A DNA stretch of 64,000 nucleotides from positions 38,150,277 to 38,214,276 of the forward strand of contig NC_068981.1 in assembly GCF_001194135.2 (NCBI RefSeq), in the 5' to 3' direction. The DNA comes from Octopus bimaculoides. Taxonomy: Eukaryota. Positions 40,561-53,974 of the stretch are shown piece by piece. Below the pieces are notes generated by a model that did not search any database, was not told the DNA's origin, and worked only from the letters and a program-made list of their open reading frames with translations. Numbering within the stretch: the stretch's first letter is position 1; each line of letters begins with the position of its first letter. The translations under genes and the position numbers were made by a program.

Positions 40561-43374
40561 ATAATGTTACTCCATATAAAATTTCAGCTATCTAGGAGTG
40601 AAGTTGTGGCCTGCAACTAGCTTTGTATATATGACAATTTTTAAGGAACATATGATAAAAACTAATATGGAAAAATTTATTAATTATAAATTACAATTTT
40701 GAAAATTTTTAGAATAGTATTGCATTATGCTTTTTGTTCACATATTTTATATATTTCATTAATTATCATTTATAATATACCTGCATATTTATTTATGGTA
40801 AAATAATCAATAAACGCAACAGCATGAAGGCTCATGAACACAGAGAAAAGTGTATTGATCATTTATGCTGCTTCAACACAACTTCATTTCTTTTCTTCAA
40901 CAGCAATGAATGAATTTTCTAATTTTCTTGATGTTCCACTTCTGAATATTACAGCATTAGTATCACAATATAAAGAAAAGGTAATCCAATGAGGTTTGAG
41001 AATAAAGGTGTCAAACTAGAACCATTAAAATTGATTTTCTTTAATCAAATAACCTATGTGTGAAGCTGTTTTTTAACAAGAATACTTCTCTGATAATTAA
41101 TTTGACATAATGAAATTTGACTAATCACTGTACAAGAAAGGCAGCCAGTATAATTAATGCTACCTTATATTGGCGATCACTGTACAAAATAAGCAGCTAA
41201 AATAGTTGCTGTCAAATTGGCTAATTGATAATAAAGAATGTAATCTTGGAATTAGGCGGTCATTGCAAGGTGTTAGTGTGTCAGTTACAACAACACTACA
41301 TTATCATTGTGAAAATTTGTACCAGCTTTCCATTATGCTTAATGTAATATGTGCCATCCTGCAAAACAAAAATGCATCAAATACTTGAGAAGTTTGTTTG
41401 CTAACTTCTTAAGTTTTAACTATAGCAAGATAAGCAATATGATATAATTTTCTTATGAGAACTATATAGTAACTCTTGAGAATTGATATGAATGCAATCT
41501 TAAAGCTTTTGGCAATGTTTACTAAAAGTAATAAACATTATTCTGCAAGGCTCTGTATGTTAATGTTACACTTTTCCATCTGAATAGTTTGCTTTTATCC
41601 TACAATTCAATATTGAATTCTTTTATGGGTGTGCACGTGTTTCAATTATAAACATTAGTCATTTACCAACGGATATTGTAGAGATAGAACAAATTAGTTA
41701 CTATCAGTTTTAGATGAATAATAAAAATAATAAAAGTAGCATGCAAGTTAGACAAGTGAAAAACTAATGTGATTAAACTATGAAGAAAAGAACAGTTTTA
41801 AGTTTACGAATATTATCCTATCATTTAGCATCAAATAATCTTTTGATATAGATGCAAGAACAAATATTGACTGATGGGCAGGAGTTCTATTTACTATGAT
41901 TTGGTTTTTGAATTCAATTTCAAATTGTAGTTAGCAGTTTGATAGATTAAAGATAAAAATTCAAATTATTAAATTCCTCAAAAACAACTATGGACCCTAG
42001 ATACTATGGCTGATACTATGTTCGTTTTAAATAATGTAATAATAACAACTTTAAGAATTCAAGACAAATGTAAAAGAGATGTCTGCAATAGAGAATTATG
42101 TATAATTCTAACTATATGAGAAATATTCATAGATGCCTTTGAGTGGTTAAGAACCAGTACGAAGAAAATAATAGGGAACTATGCTTTGTGGTTATAGAAC
42201 CTACATGCAGAGTAAATATAACATACTACTTATTACATTTGAGGTGTATGAAATTTATATTCAAATTCTCAATTCAAAATGTACAATTTACATTATATTA
42301 AAATAAATATCCAATAACAAATAACGTGTTATTCAATATATAATAAAAATCTCTTCAAAGAGGTCAGAATATTGGTTTCTGTTCAATATTAGAAAGGGTT
42401 AATATCCATTGGTTCCGACGGAGCAGTGTATTCACCTTGGAACCATATTCAGAATAGAATGCAATTTGTTCAAACAAATTTGCTTGAAGTATAGTTCTCA
42501 TGATCAAGTTCACTCCAGAAATTTCAAATATAAAATCAGTTTGAGTTAAAACCACCCTACCACTTCAGAATTGGAGAAACCACAACATCAGTAATATATA
42601 ACAAACTAGAAAGTTGTACTGTCAAAACTGAAATAGATACATCAATATTCAAAATTATAAGGTAAAATTACAAGTGGATTTTGTTTTTCAATTTTAGTTT
42701 ATTTGGTGGTTAAAAGTCATATTTTCAAGCTATGAGTAACTGGATTTATTTCATCATTTACTATAGCAAAATTAAAGTAATCATACAATTTCAACTTCAT
42801 TAATATATCAGGTTTGTCTGTATTAAAGTGAAAGTTTCTACTGGGAATATTTTATGTACTGTTTCATTCAATTTTAATTATTTTATACCTAGATTTTCTC
42901 ATGATGGATTGTGATTAAACATCAGTAGATGATTTGGGTATTTTCCATAACTGGATCAACATCTTCCCAGATGTGTTTTATAGATAACTTACTTGAAAAA
43001 GACAATCAATAATCTCAGAACAAGTTATTTAGCATATAGACAATGGTTACACATCTTCTGTTTATTTTGGTATCAAATAAATTCTCTTTTAACAATATTT
43101 GGTTGGATTGACAAAACAGAATAGCACAGAATTTGAAGTACTACACCATACAGTTAGCAATTTTGATTCCCATCTGCTTGACACCATCCCTGATTCTATG
43201 ATACAAATTCAACCTTTCTTTTTTAAGTGTTTGTACTTAAATTAAAACCTTCCAATCTAATTTTATGTGAGAATTGTTTTAAGATATTGTTACTAACTTC
43301 AAATTAATGTAGCAATAAATTTAAAAAAATTAAATATTTGTTAAATCCTGCAGATTTTTCATTATCATCATCAT

Positions 43375-43617
43375 CATCGTCGTCATTTAACGTCTGCTTT
43401 CCATGCTGGCATGGGTTGGATGGTTTGACTAAAGGCTAGCAAGCCAGAAGGCTGCACCAGGCTCCAATCTGATCTGGCAAAGTTTCTACAGCTGGATGCC
43501 CTTCCTAACGCCAACCACTCTGAGAGTGTAGTGGGTGCATTTTATGTGCCACAGGCACAAGGGCCAGTCAGATGGTACTGGCATTAATCATGCTCAAGTG
43601 GTGCTTTTTACGTGCCA
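43375..43617 (-). mobile_element. Family B repeat abutting an RTE ORF remnant
   Basis: (cat)n-cgtcatttaacgtctgctttccatgctggcatgggttgg...gctggatgcccttcctaacgccaaccactc. Confidence 0.85.
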
Positions 43618-44095
43618 AAGGTTGTGCTGCACCAGCTCATCCCAGATCTTCCTGAGTCTACCTCTTCCACAGGTTCCATCTACTGCTAGGGTGTAACATG
43701 TTTTCATCCATATGCAACACATGACCATACCAGCACAGTTGTCTCTCTTGCACACCACATCTGATGTTTCCTATGTTCAACTTTTCTCTCAGGGTGCTTA
43801 CAGACGGTCATGTATGCACACTGACATTGCACATCTAGTGGAGCATATTAGCTTCATTTCTTGCCAGCTTATGCATGTCCTCAGCAGTCACGGCCCGTGT
43901 TTCACTGCCATGTAGCATCGCTGTTTGCACACATGTGTCATACACTCTACCTTTTATCCTGAGCAAGAGGCCCTTTGTCTCCAGCAGAGGTAGGAACTCT
44001 CTGAACTTTGCCAAGGCTATTCTTATTCTAGCAGCTACACTCTTAGAGCTGCATAGGCAATATATTTCTTTAGAAATGCACTCACACAAGGATTA
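43618..44095 (-). mobile_element. RTE-clade LINE, RT C-terminal region, decayed
   Basis: SVAARIRIALAKFREFLPLL...KGRVYDTCVQTAMLHGSETRAVT (cf. MLYGSETW) and GTCGRGRLRKIWDELVQHNL (cf. RGRPRKTW). Confidence 0.9.
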
Positions 44096-45837
44096 AAAAT
44101 GAACCTTCTGAATCTAAAATATTTCAAATGATATTAACGTCAGATAATTTTTATATAACTACTTATCAACAATGTGAAACTTATTCTAATGTGGTATATT
44201 GTTTGTAAAGCTAAGAACACAATTTACAACACAAGAAATTCACTTAAAATTATATATACCATAAACAATAGAAACCAAAAACAATATAAACTAGAAAATA
44301 ATAAAACCAAAGTCAAAACTGATAAAATTCGAAAGTATAAGTTTCACATATTTGCCTCATGTTTGTCTACAAAATTTGTGCTTTTTCCTTTCTTGCAGCT
44401 AAAAAAGAATTTGGAACAATGCAGAATAAAGTATCGGCACAGAAATTTAAAGCGATATCTGATGCACATTTGAATTCACACACTGTGAGCCTCTACTCAA
44501 ATACCATGCCCACTTGGCCATCCTAATTCTCTATAAGTGATATTAGGTAAAACTCAACTCAACAATTTACAGTTAACAGAGTAAGATGCATTGGAGTTCG
44601 TAAAAGACATTTTTATAATTGCAGCTAACTTGTGCAAACACAGGCTAAATGCATTTGAAAATAAAATGAATTACATGAAATATGACAATGTTTATAATAA
44701 AGATGATGATGATGATATTGGTGTATTTATGCAAAACATTCAGCATAAACATATACAGAAGCATCAAAAGATCATCTAGTTTTTCTTGTGTGAATTAATA
44801 CTTTTAGTTGTTTACTACTGAAATTCAAATTTATAAAAATTGTAATGTTTTAAAGGTCACCAACAAACAAGATGATTGTGGATTTATCTTCTGGAATATT
44901 TTGCTCAATTTTTTTCTCAGATAAAAACAATTTTGAATAGTAAATAATGTGCAGCAAACCGCTAATGAGTTTAAACTATGTAACAAGTCATTCATTCAAA
45001 TGTTTGAGTGACCTTTCTACCAAGGTCAAAAAAATTGCAAATAACTTACCTGATGTAACAACTACAAACAGTAAAATATTGTACAAAGTATATGATAAAT
45101 CTTATCCTGTGAATAGGTATTGCAATTAGGTACCATGAATCTTGGATCTAAAATCTGTCTTCACAGTGGAATACAAGTATAAATGAAGAAGTACAGAGTT
45201 GTGATTAACAGCAAGTATTTAAGTGGAATACTAAAGTGACAGAATACTATACTAATCAGTTCTGATCAACAAAAGTATCAATTGTCATGAATGACTTATT
45301 TTTATATTTTCATGAATGACTTATTTAGTTATTTATTTTCTATTGAATTTTGTGAACAGTAGCAATATTGGATACTGTTTCCAATTGTTTGATCACTGCA
45401 TTTCTAATGGCAAGAGTGCCAAGTTAGCATCTCTTCAAAACATGCCAAATGAATTTCAAAAGGTGTTTGTGTTTGAAGGCAATAGGTTATTGATTTTATC
45501 AATAATGTTTACATCATTCACAGATGAATATCACAAAAGTGTATACACCTGGGTACACATATGTGCATACAGAATGGGCTTCCACACAAATTCTTCTCAA
45601 AAGTATTGGTAATTTCTGGTAACAATTATTATTATTGTTGTTATTATTTTGATGAAAACTCTCAACTTATTTTGGTAGGTATGATGGAAAGTGTCAGCTG
45701 TCCACAGCCAGTAGACTAAGGTGACAATTGTTTACTGATCATGTTTCAAGAACTCTGCAGAGAACTCTTGTAGTTCCAAGCATACTGACTTTAGTAGGCA
45801 TTCTATATTTAAGCAATGATGATTTTTGTAGGTGTTG

Positions 45838-45896
<59 letters not shown>
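45838..45896. repeat. (TAC)n microsatellite
   Basis: Directly visible. Confidence 0.97.
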
Positions 45897-48800
45897 AGGC
45901 ACTTTCCCAAGCACTACCAAACAATTACTTTTTAGAGAAGACAATAAGTTAGAAGACACCTGCCCAAGTTCCACAACCAACACCATCTGATTGCAAAGCA
46001 AACACACATAGAATTAAATATCCTCTAAGAGGTATAAGAAATTAGTAACAGTAGAAATAAATTCAGATCTGTAGAATGAACATTATCTATTCTACAATAT
46101 TTTTATTTATGTATATTTTATAAATAAAATTTTACAATTGTAAATAAAAATGTGAGGAAACATGTTATGTAACATTTACAAAATTTATTCATAAAAAATA
46201 TTACAATCTGTTTTACAAACTCAGAAAAAGGACGTATGTGGGACAAAAATGAAACTGTTAGAATAGAAACAGTGGATCAATAAATACTGGGAAAATATGC
46301 TATGAAACAACGTCTCTCTAAAGAATTTATGATGTTGAATCATTGACAAAACTGTTTTGCCAATGTGAGGGAATTAAACGTTGGTACCAGATTATTTTAC
46401 CAGTTTCTGCCTAGTGTGTTACTTTACTGGTTTTTGTTCTTCTAACTGACAATCAGAGCAAAGTACATAATATTATTATGATATCAATGTAAAATTGTGT
46501 GATCTTCCCTGCCAAAACTTAATAATTATTCATTGTCTCTTAGACTTATTGTCAAAGTAAGATTATCATCAGCAGCATGGAGGTGAAAGAGAAAGAATGA
46601 GTAAATCATGTCAATGTCATTATGCTTCTGGAAAAGCCTAAATAATTAAGGAAAGGAATCTGTTGTTCTTTGTTAATGATATTAACATCCCTTTAAAAAA
46701 AGAAACTAATGATATAAAAGGAACATTTAATTTGCTTCAAACATTTTAACATTGTAATGTAATTATGTCAGGTTTTAAAAATGAAATGCCTTTGACAAAT
46801 GCATGATATTTCTTATTGTTTTATTCAATTTAGGGTTATTGAAGTGTATAAACAAATTTGTGTTAAGCAGATATTTTATATCCAGCATTTAATTTTCAAT
46901 AGAACTGCTGACTAAGAACTTTACATTGATATAGAAATAAAAATAAAAAAACATTTAGTCAAGGAAACTTCAAACAAGCTTCCTGTTTCATAAGATTTTT
47001 AGCAAAGTCGATTAGTTTTAAAGTACACTGTATCTAGAAACGAAATACTTTTATTCTTATATCATTTACCAGATTGAAATCAAGATTTTGAAATTTGTGA
47101 CATACCAGGAGGATAATTTTCCTTAGTGTAATATTATGTATGAATGATTTATAGTCTCAAAGTCTACAATATATCCAGAACAAATTTGTGAAGCATATAC
47201 AAGCTCCGAATGGCAGTTACAAGATATTTCAGAAATGACTGGGGTTGTCCAACAAGAACTGCAATAAAGAAGTTGCTTTACTTCAAAGCAATATATATTT
47301 CATGCTACTGTAAAGAATAAAGAAGACAGAGACAAAAGAGAATGAGAAATTCTGAAGATATATATATATCTTATATCAACGAAATAATAGCTGCATGTAA
47401 TATAAATAATATGAATGTAACATATTAAACTGAAGAAGGGTGTAATAAGAAAATTTATTTTGGGGAACATGTCTACATTTATTGATCCATAGCTAAAATC
47501 ATCCTTTAAGTAGTAGAGAACAAAAATGAATAATATTTTACAGAGTTTACAAAGAAACTTTATGGAAACTAAAACTTCTCAAACAGAATTTGAATATCAG
47601 TACCTAAAAATCTACTGGAAGACAACAGTCTCATCATCATATGTGCTAGTTGCTATAAGAGCCAGTCTGTCACTATTTTTATGACATGGTATTAAATAAG
47701 ATTTGATATTCTCCCTCTTCTTCAAATTTAAGTTGAAGTATCCATTAAGTTGAGAATTATAGCTCCATTTCTATTCTGACTTTTGGATTTTAATACTGCT
47801 CAAGAAGTCAATATTTTTTATAGTATAGCAAATTTTCCAGTGTTTCAAAGACTGACATTCTAATGTCCACTAATTTCAAGATATTTTGATCGCTAATGCT
47901 GAGATTTTTTTCTTTTTTGTTACTTTAGATAATTTTAATGCTCATTTTAAATTCTCCATGCCAAAAACAGAAAAATCATTAAGTGATTATACTGGTTCAA
48001 AATTTCAAAAGACAAATATATTATGTTGCTATAAAGCATAATAATGTCACCAAAAGTTATGCTATAAAATTCAAACTCAGAGTGAGATTCAAACAGAAAC
48101 AACAATAACACAATGGTAGTACATTACTGTACAGTTATATATACTTGTATAAGTCTATATGTTATTATCTTTCATATGAAAGATAATAACAAAATTGCAG
48201 TAGAAAATGAAAATTGGCAACACAAAGAAAATTATTGCAACTATAAAATAACAAGATAATAGACGAAATTATGTTGGCAAATTTGGTTGATTAGATCAAT
48301 GCAATCAAGATACTTAAACAATATGAAATAGTCTATAAATGAAGCATACCTAATTTGCCTAATCAGGTAAATCAACCATAATATTGTTCTCATGATCCAT
48401 AAAACTAAACTATCAAATAGTTTGTGCTTTTTATATAGTAAGCACCGTTTAAAATCAACTTTCTGTTAAAGTGGAAACTAGTAAGTTTAAATATATATGA
48501 TTTTTCTATGGATGCAATACCATAGAAATAGTAGAAGGTTCTCAGAGCAGCTTCCCTGCATCTATTGCCTCGCGCCTAAATTTACACTGCACATATAATG
48601 TAAATTTCTTCCAGAACTAACTTTCTGCACTGCATCATACACACATACATGTCAAGTGCAAAAGCACCTCCAGTCACTTCAAATGAAAATGGCCATCTTT
48701 TCATGACCCCACCAGACAATGTTCCAAATTTTGCCCCATTCTTCATAACACTTTTTCAATCTTTCTCCCTCCCCTCTCTCTAAGGATATAATCTGAACTT

Positions 48801-48989
48801 TGTAAATATGTTATAGTGTTCTGCAATCTCAACAACAATATTCTTACCATCCATCAAATTATTGCCTTCACTTCTACTGTTGTCTCAAAAGTGATAGACG
48901 CAATCATTAACCATTTTCTTCACTGTCTTGTATCTTTCTCCCTCCCTAATAATAACTAGTAAAGCTATTGCAAAATCAGCTACTGGAAA

Positions 48990-49320
48990 CCTACTCACCA
49001 ATGTTAGTCACCAGATGACTTAAAAACTTGAGAAATCTAATGTCAGTAGTATTGTTATTCTTAATGTAAGCAAAGCTTTCAGTCATGAATGGTTTACAAA
49101 TCTCCCGACGAAACTGCCCACATTTCTCATCTCTCATCTCTTTAAACATTATCTTTTCATTAAATAGCACTGACATACATTCTATAAAGTTCCAACATCT
49201 TTGAAGGCTCAGTTATGTCTCTCATTCTCTTCATCTTATAACTTAACTATCTACTTGCCATCATCCCCAAGAATGTCCACTCTTGTATACAGATATTACC
49301 TTAATTTCCACTGATCTTCT
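48990..49320 (+). mobile_element. Decayed LINE reverse transcriptase remnant (CR1/L2/Jockey-like); flanks 48.5-50.0 kb probably belong to it
   Basis: IVILNVSKAFSHEWFTNLPTKLP (49051; cf. LDISKAFDRVW), EGSVMSLILFIL*LNYL (49203; cf. QGSVLSP.LF.LFINDL), YTDIT (about 49286; cf. YADD). Confidence 0.7.
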
Positions 49321-50034
49321 TCACCTAAGCATCCTCTGCATGAATTCTAGACATTTCATTCCAAATTTTCACTAACCGATGAACAGAGACCTCAAATGCA
49401 AAGCAGTTTTGGTCATGGCCAATATTGTCTGGAAAATATTACTCTGCCTCTAAACACCCAAACATGAACAACACTAAACATTTAAGATCACTTTAAATAT
49501 TTGGCCTTGACATCACTGAGTATCTTTTCAGGTAAATGTGCATCTCTTACATAGATAAAATTTTAAAATTTCACTACAGTTTTTAGAATCAGAAAATATT
49601 TCAACTACCAACAATTATCTCAACAACACTCAGGTACTGCAGCTAGATGAGTTGTTCCCTCTTGCTATTTTCTGATCACTACTATAATGACCTCAGTTCT
49701 CTGGAGCCAACTTTCTCTCCTACCTCCACTCAGATGTTCCTATTTCATTCATTTCTCCTTCTCTTGTCTCCTATATTGAGTTCAGCTTCAAGCTTCCACA
49801 GTAACCAATATCACTCCCCCTACAACGCTGTCCTCAAGGTTGTTTTCTTTGAAAATATTCTTTTTCCAGCCATCAGCTTGCAAATGTTTGAGAGGAATGT
49901 TAAATGTGTCCTTCTCACCAACTGCTTCATCTAGATGAAACAAATACAAACAGTTGTACAAATATTCTGAATTAAAGTAATCCACTTTCCTATATTATAA
50001 ATGTATCATGGGGGTTGCCAGTACCATGTGACTA

Positions 50035-50227
50035 GCCCCTCGTGCCAGTGGCACGTAAAAGCACCCACTACACTCTCGGAGTGGTTGACGTTAGGAAGGG
50101 CATCCAGCTGTAGAAACTCTGCCAGATCAGATTGGAGGCTGGTGCAGCCTTCTGGCTTGCCAGTCCTCAGTCAAATCGTCCAACCCATGCTAGCATGGAA
50201 AGCGGACGTTAAACGATGATGATGATG
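50035..50227 (+). mobile_element. Family B repeat, young copy
   Basis: CpG-retaining cgtgccagtggcacgtaaaagcacccactacactctcggag...gcggacgttaaacgatgatgat. Confidence 0.9.
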
Positions 50228-50506
50228 TATCTATCATCGAAAACCATTTAATTAGGTCAAAATATTTGCATATCAATTGTAACTTCATTATAAAATGGCA
50301 CACTGATGTTTCGTATGAAACTTAATTTAAGTATCTGCCCTTGAAACTGAACTTTGTTATAAAAATAAGCATCTAAATAGGTAAATGAATGCATAAAATC
50401 TAGTACGACAACTACAGAACAGATATCTAGGTGATTGTCTGGTATATGCTTTTGGTAAGACATGTAACTTTCTCAAGCCATATTTTCAGTTTATTGAAAA
50501 TTTCAG

Positions 50507-50576
50507 ACAACTTGACATTCAGTAGAATTCTCTATATAGCAGGAATTTGCAATGCTCCTATTGAAATCCAGTCAAG
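50507..50576 (+). CDS. Candidate internal exon (phase 1-2), unknown product
   Basis: aaaatttcag acceptor, AAG|gtaaaa donor, single open frame xNLTFSRILYIAGICNAPIEIQS; phase-compatible with 51041-51125. No recognised homology. Confidence 0.22.
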
Positions 50577-51040
50577 GTAAAAGTAGATTGGTCAATCAGA
50601 ATAAAGATAAATTGTTAATGTAAAATGAAGCTATTCATAAATATCTGTTGGCACATAGATTTTAAATTTTAGTGTTGTTTTGAATATTTTTTACCATTGT
50701 TTTCACTGATAAAACCCAGCACACCCAAACATATCCAGGAAGAAAACACGAACGTGTACTGTGTTTACAACTGATGAAGTACTACAAATTTTAAAAGATT
50801 CTGATGAAGATCAATGAGAATTCAATCAAATGTATCCAGCAGAAAATGACTTGAAAACCAGCTGAAGATGAAAGACTTCAAGTGAAAAGTGATATTAATG
50901 GGCCTCAATCAAAGGGATGTGGTTCTTGATCAATAAATGGTAGTGATAATGCTATATTGCTATTAGTTCCTCGGGCTGCTAATTACAGATAATATCCTCA
51001 TTTTTAATTATTTGTTTCATTTACTCTCTTCTTATTTTAG

Positions 51041-51125
51041 ATATGTACGTCTTATGTGTTCTGAGTGTGGAGCTCAAGTTATTTACCTGACTCATACCGA
51101 TAGTGTTAAAACCTATTTTTATGAA
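51041..51125 (+). CDS. Candidate internal exon (phase 2-0), unknown product
   Basis: Long polypyrimidine acceptor ttactctcttcttattttag, GAA|gtaaag donor, single open frame YVRLMCSECGAQVIYLTHTDSVKTYFYE, two CpGs. Confidence 0.25.
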
Positions 51126-52951
51126 GTAAAGAAATAAAACATCTCCCACAGACAGAAATCATCTACTTTAACCATATCTAGTATACCAATAAATAACTCA
51201 CATGTTATAGATGGTAATAGATTGTTCTTCTCATAATTTTTTTAAAAATCACAATGAAATCAAAATTTCCAGATCAGAATCTGTTCTTTAAGAACACTAA
51301 AATCCTTTATGAGAATGTTACATTTATTTTTGGTACTTTCTATGGAAATGGTAAAGTCAAGTGTGGTTGTTCTCTCAAATTGATTAAGCTATTATATTAT
51401 TCTGTATTTATTCTAATAATTTTCTCATTTTACTATTATGTAACAAAATAAATGTTAAATTAATTTTGATGAGCATACATTTAAAAACAATTTTGTAACA
51501 AAATCAAGTTATTCCAAAATTTTAATTATCAATTCATATCGGTTGTCAGATATAAACTACTATCACAACTAAAAATCTCACCGAAAAAATATAAAACAAG
51601 AATAATTAGAGGAAAATGATACTTCTGACTAGTGTATGGAATGTTAAGGTGGAAAAGACATAAAATCATGAATAATGATAATGATATTCACAGGACTCTG
51701 ATACCTTTATTGATTCAAGAAGCTCATTATGTTAGATTAGGAATATAAGGAGACAAAATTTAAAGATATAGCACATCACTGTGGCTGCATTTATTCCCCA
51801 CATTTTATGTAATATTACACTCTTTTGCATTAGCTATTACAATTTCTTATTTGCTAAAATGATGCAAAAGCATTTTTAAAATGGTCTGAATTTTAGAAAA
51901 CAAAATCCCTAAATTTTAATTACTTGTGTCAGAGCAGCATAAAATCATGTGTACCTCATTAATTTTTTTAAAACACTTTTTCAATCATAAGAGGCAAATA
52001 AATGTGTGGCTACTAATTACTGCATAGAAACACAAGGTAGCACTTTACCACAGAATTGTGGCAAAGTCAAAGGGCTTTTAGCTTTCTGTTCAAGTAATTC
52101 AATTCGTTGCAGCATTCTTTATTCATCTGCAGATATAATGAACAGGGTGAATTTTTAATTTTAGCTTCATATTATCATTTCATCTCAAGCAAACTACATT
52201 TGCTATGATTGATATTATTCACACTATGCAATCATGTTACAAAATATTTCTTTTTAATATATTTGACAATAAAATAGATAATACTTATAATATTCATTAA
52301 AATCATGCTACAAAAATATTATTTCTGCTGTATATGATATCATAATTTGTCTTAATATATTTCTTATATATTTCCTATGTTAAATCTTTTTGATGTCTAC
52401 GTAAGATAAATAAGAAAAATACAGTAGGCTTCTATGATTCTAGAATCACAATGTATTTCTACTCACAATTATTACATCATAAAGTGAGACCAGTTTCTGT
52501 TTTCCCATAAGCGTGATTAAGAACAACTGAATGCCTTAACCCTATGATTCTCAAATTAATGACTAAAGTAAGAATTAAGAAATTGCTCAGAAAGAACTAT
52601 GAGTAGAGCTATCACAATTTCTATAAATGTTAAAAGAGTAACTGACAAAAAAGTAATACTCAGGAATGTTTGCTGTATGAAACTTTAACAGTAAAGTAGA
52701 TGCTAACAAACTTGTTGTAGAGAGCCATGATATTTCAATTAATTAAAACTACAGCTGTTTGTGATGAGATACATTTGTCCAAGAGGTTATTTCTGGTCAT
52801 GGAAGGCAGAAGACACAACGCAGATTTCGAATTATTTAGGTTTAAAGCAAAAAACTCATTTGTTAAATATTGAAAAAATAAACACAATAAATTGCAAAAA
52901 ATGCTTATAATGATTCATTATAAAAAATGGTTAGTGTTATATTTCCTGCTT

Positions 52952-53160
52952 CTTATTTCTTTATTGCCCACAAGGGGCTAAGCATAGAGGGTACAAACAA
53001 GGGATTAAGTCGATTACATAACTGGTATTTAATTTATCGACCCTGAAAGGATGAAAGGCAAAATCAACCTTAGCGGAATTTGAACTCAGAATGTAGTGGC
53101 AGACGAAATACCGCTAAGCATTTAGCCTGGCGTGCTAACGTTTCTGCCAGCTGGCCACCC
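52952..53160 (-). mobile_element. tRNA-derived SINE, family A, young copy with 10-bp TSD
   Basis: Full head-to-tail match to family A; tttcctgctt at 52942-52951 and 53161-53170. Confidence 0.9.
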
Positions 53161-53182
53161 TTTCCTGCTTTTACTAACTTAC

Positions 53183-53301
53183 TCTATTTGGGTGTATCAC
53201 TAATGTTGATTTAGTGTCTTTCAATCTTATTTCATAAAAGGCAGTGAAAGGATATAAAATATTCTTGTCATCAACAGTCACAACAATTTGCTCCATTAAT
53301 T
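53183..53301 (-). CDS. Candidate internal exon (phase 1-0), unknown product
   Basis: aaaatttatag acceptor, AGA|gtaagt consensus donor, open frame ELMEQIVVTVDDKNILYPFTAFYEIRLKDTKSTLVIHPNR with purine-rich first codon positions. No recognised homology. Confidence 0.33.
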
Positions 53302-53911
53302 CTATAAATTTTGAAACTTTGGTTTCAACAAGTAAGTGGAGAAAGAATTTAGCAATGAAACTAATGACATTAAATCTTATCCCCAGAATTTTTCTCTTAG
53401 AAAGGAAGATATAATATATGCTAATAAGAAATAACAGAAAATTGTCTGAGATTTGAAATACTCTTCTACTATGCATAAATATAACATGACAAAACATAAA
53501 TATTTATATTTATCCTATCATGGCAATTGTAAAATCTACCAAATTTTCTATTGAGTGTACATTAGAATCAACAATATTTAGTATTCATGTTTCTGTGCTT
53601 TTATAGCTAGGATGCTTTTGCTGCAAATCGTTTCAATCCTTTGTTATTTGATCTAGAATGTTTGTTATCAAGAGATCTGATCTCACACTTACCCAAATTT
53701 TCTTAGATCTTCCATTAACATTATCTAGCAGTTAGGATGTTTCCCTACCACATATCTACATGTCACTTAGTCGAATTAGCCCATCATTTACTCCGCAAAT
53801 GTTTTGTCATCAAGGTTGCAACTTTCCTGTATCACCTGTTTCAACATAACTAATATATATACAAACTATGCCATTTTAATCCCAAACAATGCGGGGTATC
53901 TCAGCTAGTTT

Positions 53912-53955
<44 letters not shown>

Positions 53956-53974
53956 AAAGCATATTATATATATA

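Noticed and set aside
51080-51110. Minus-strand GFNTIGMSQ resembling the thioesterase GFSQG motif
   Set aside because: Nine residues, catalytic context incomplete, no supporting exons.
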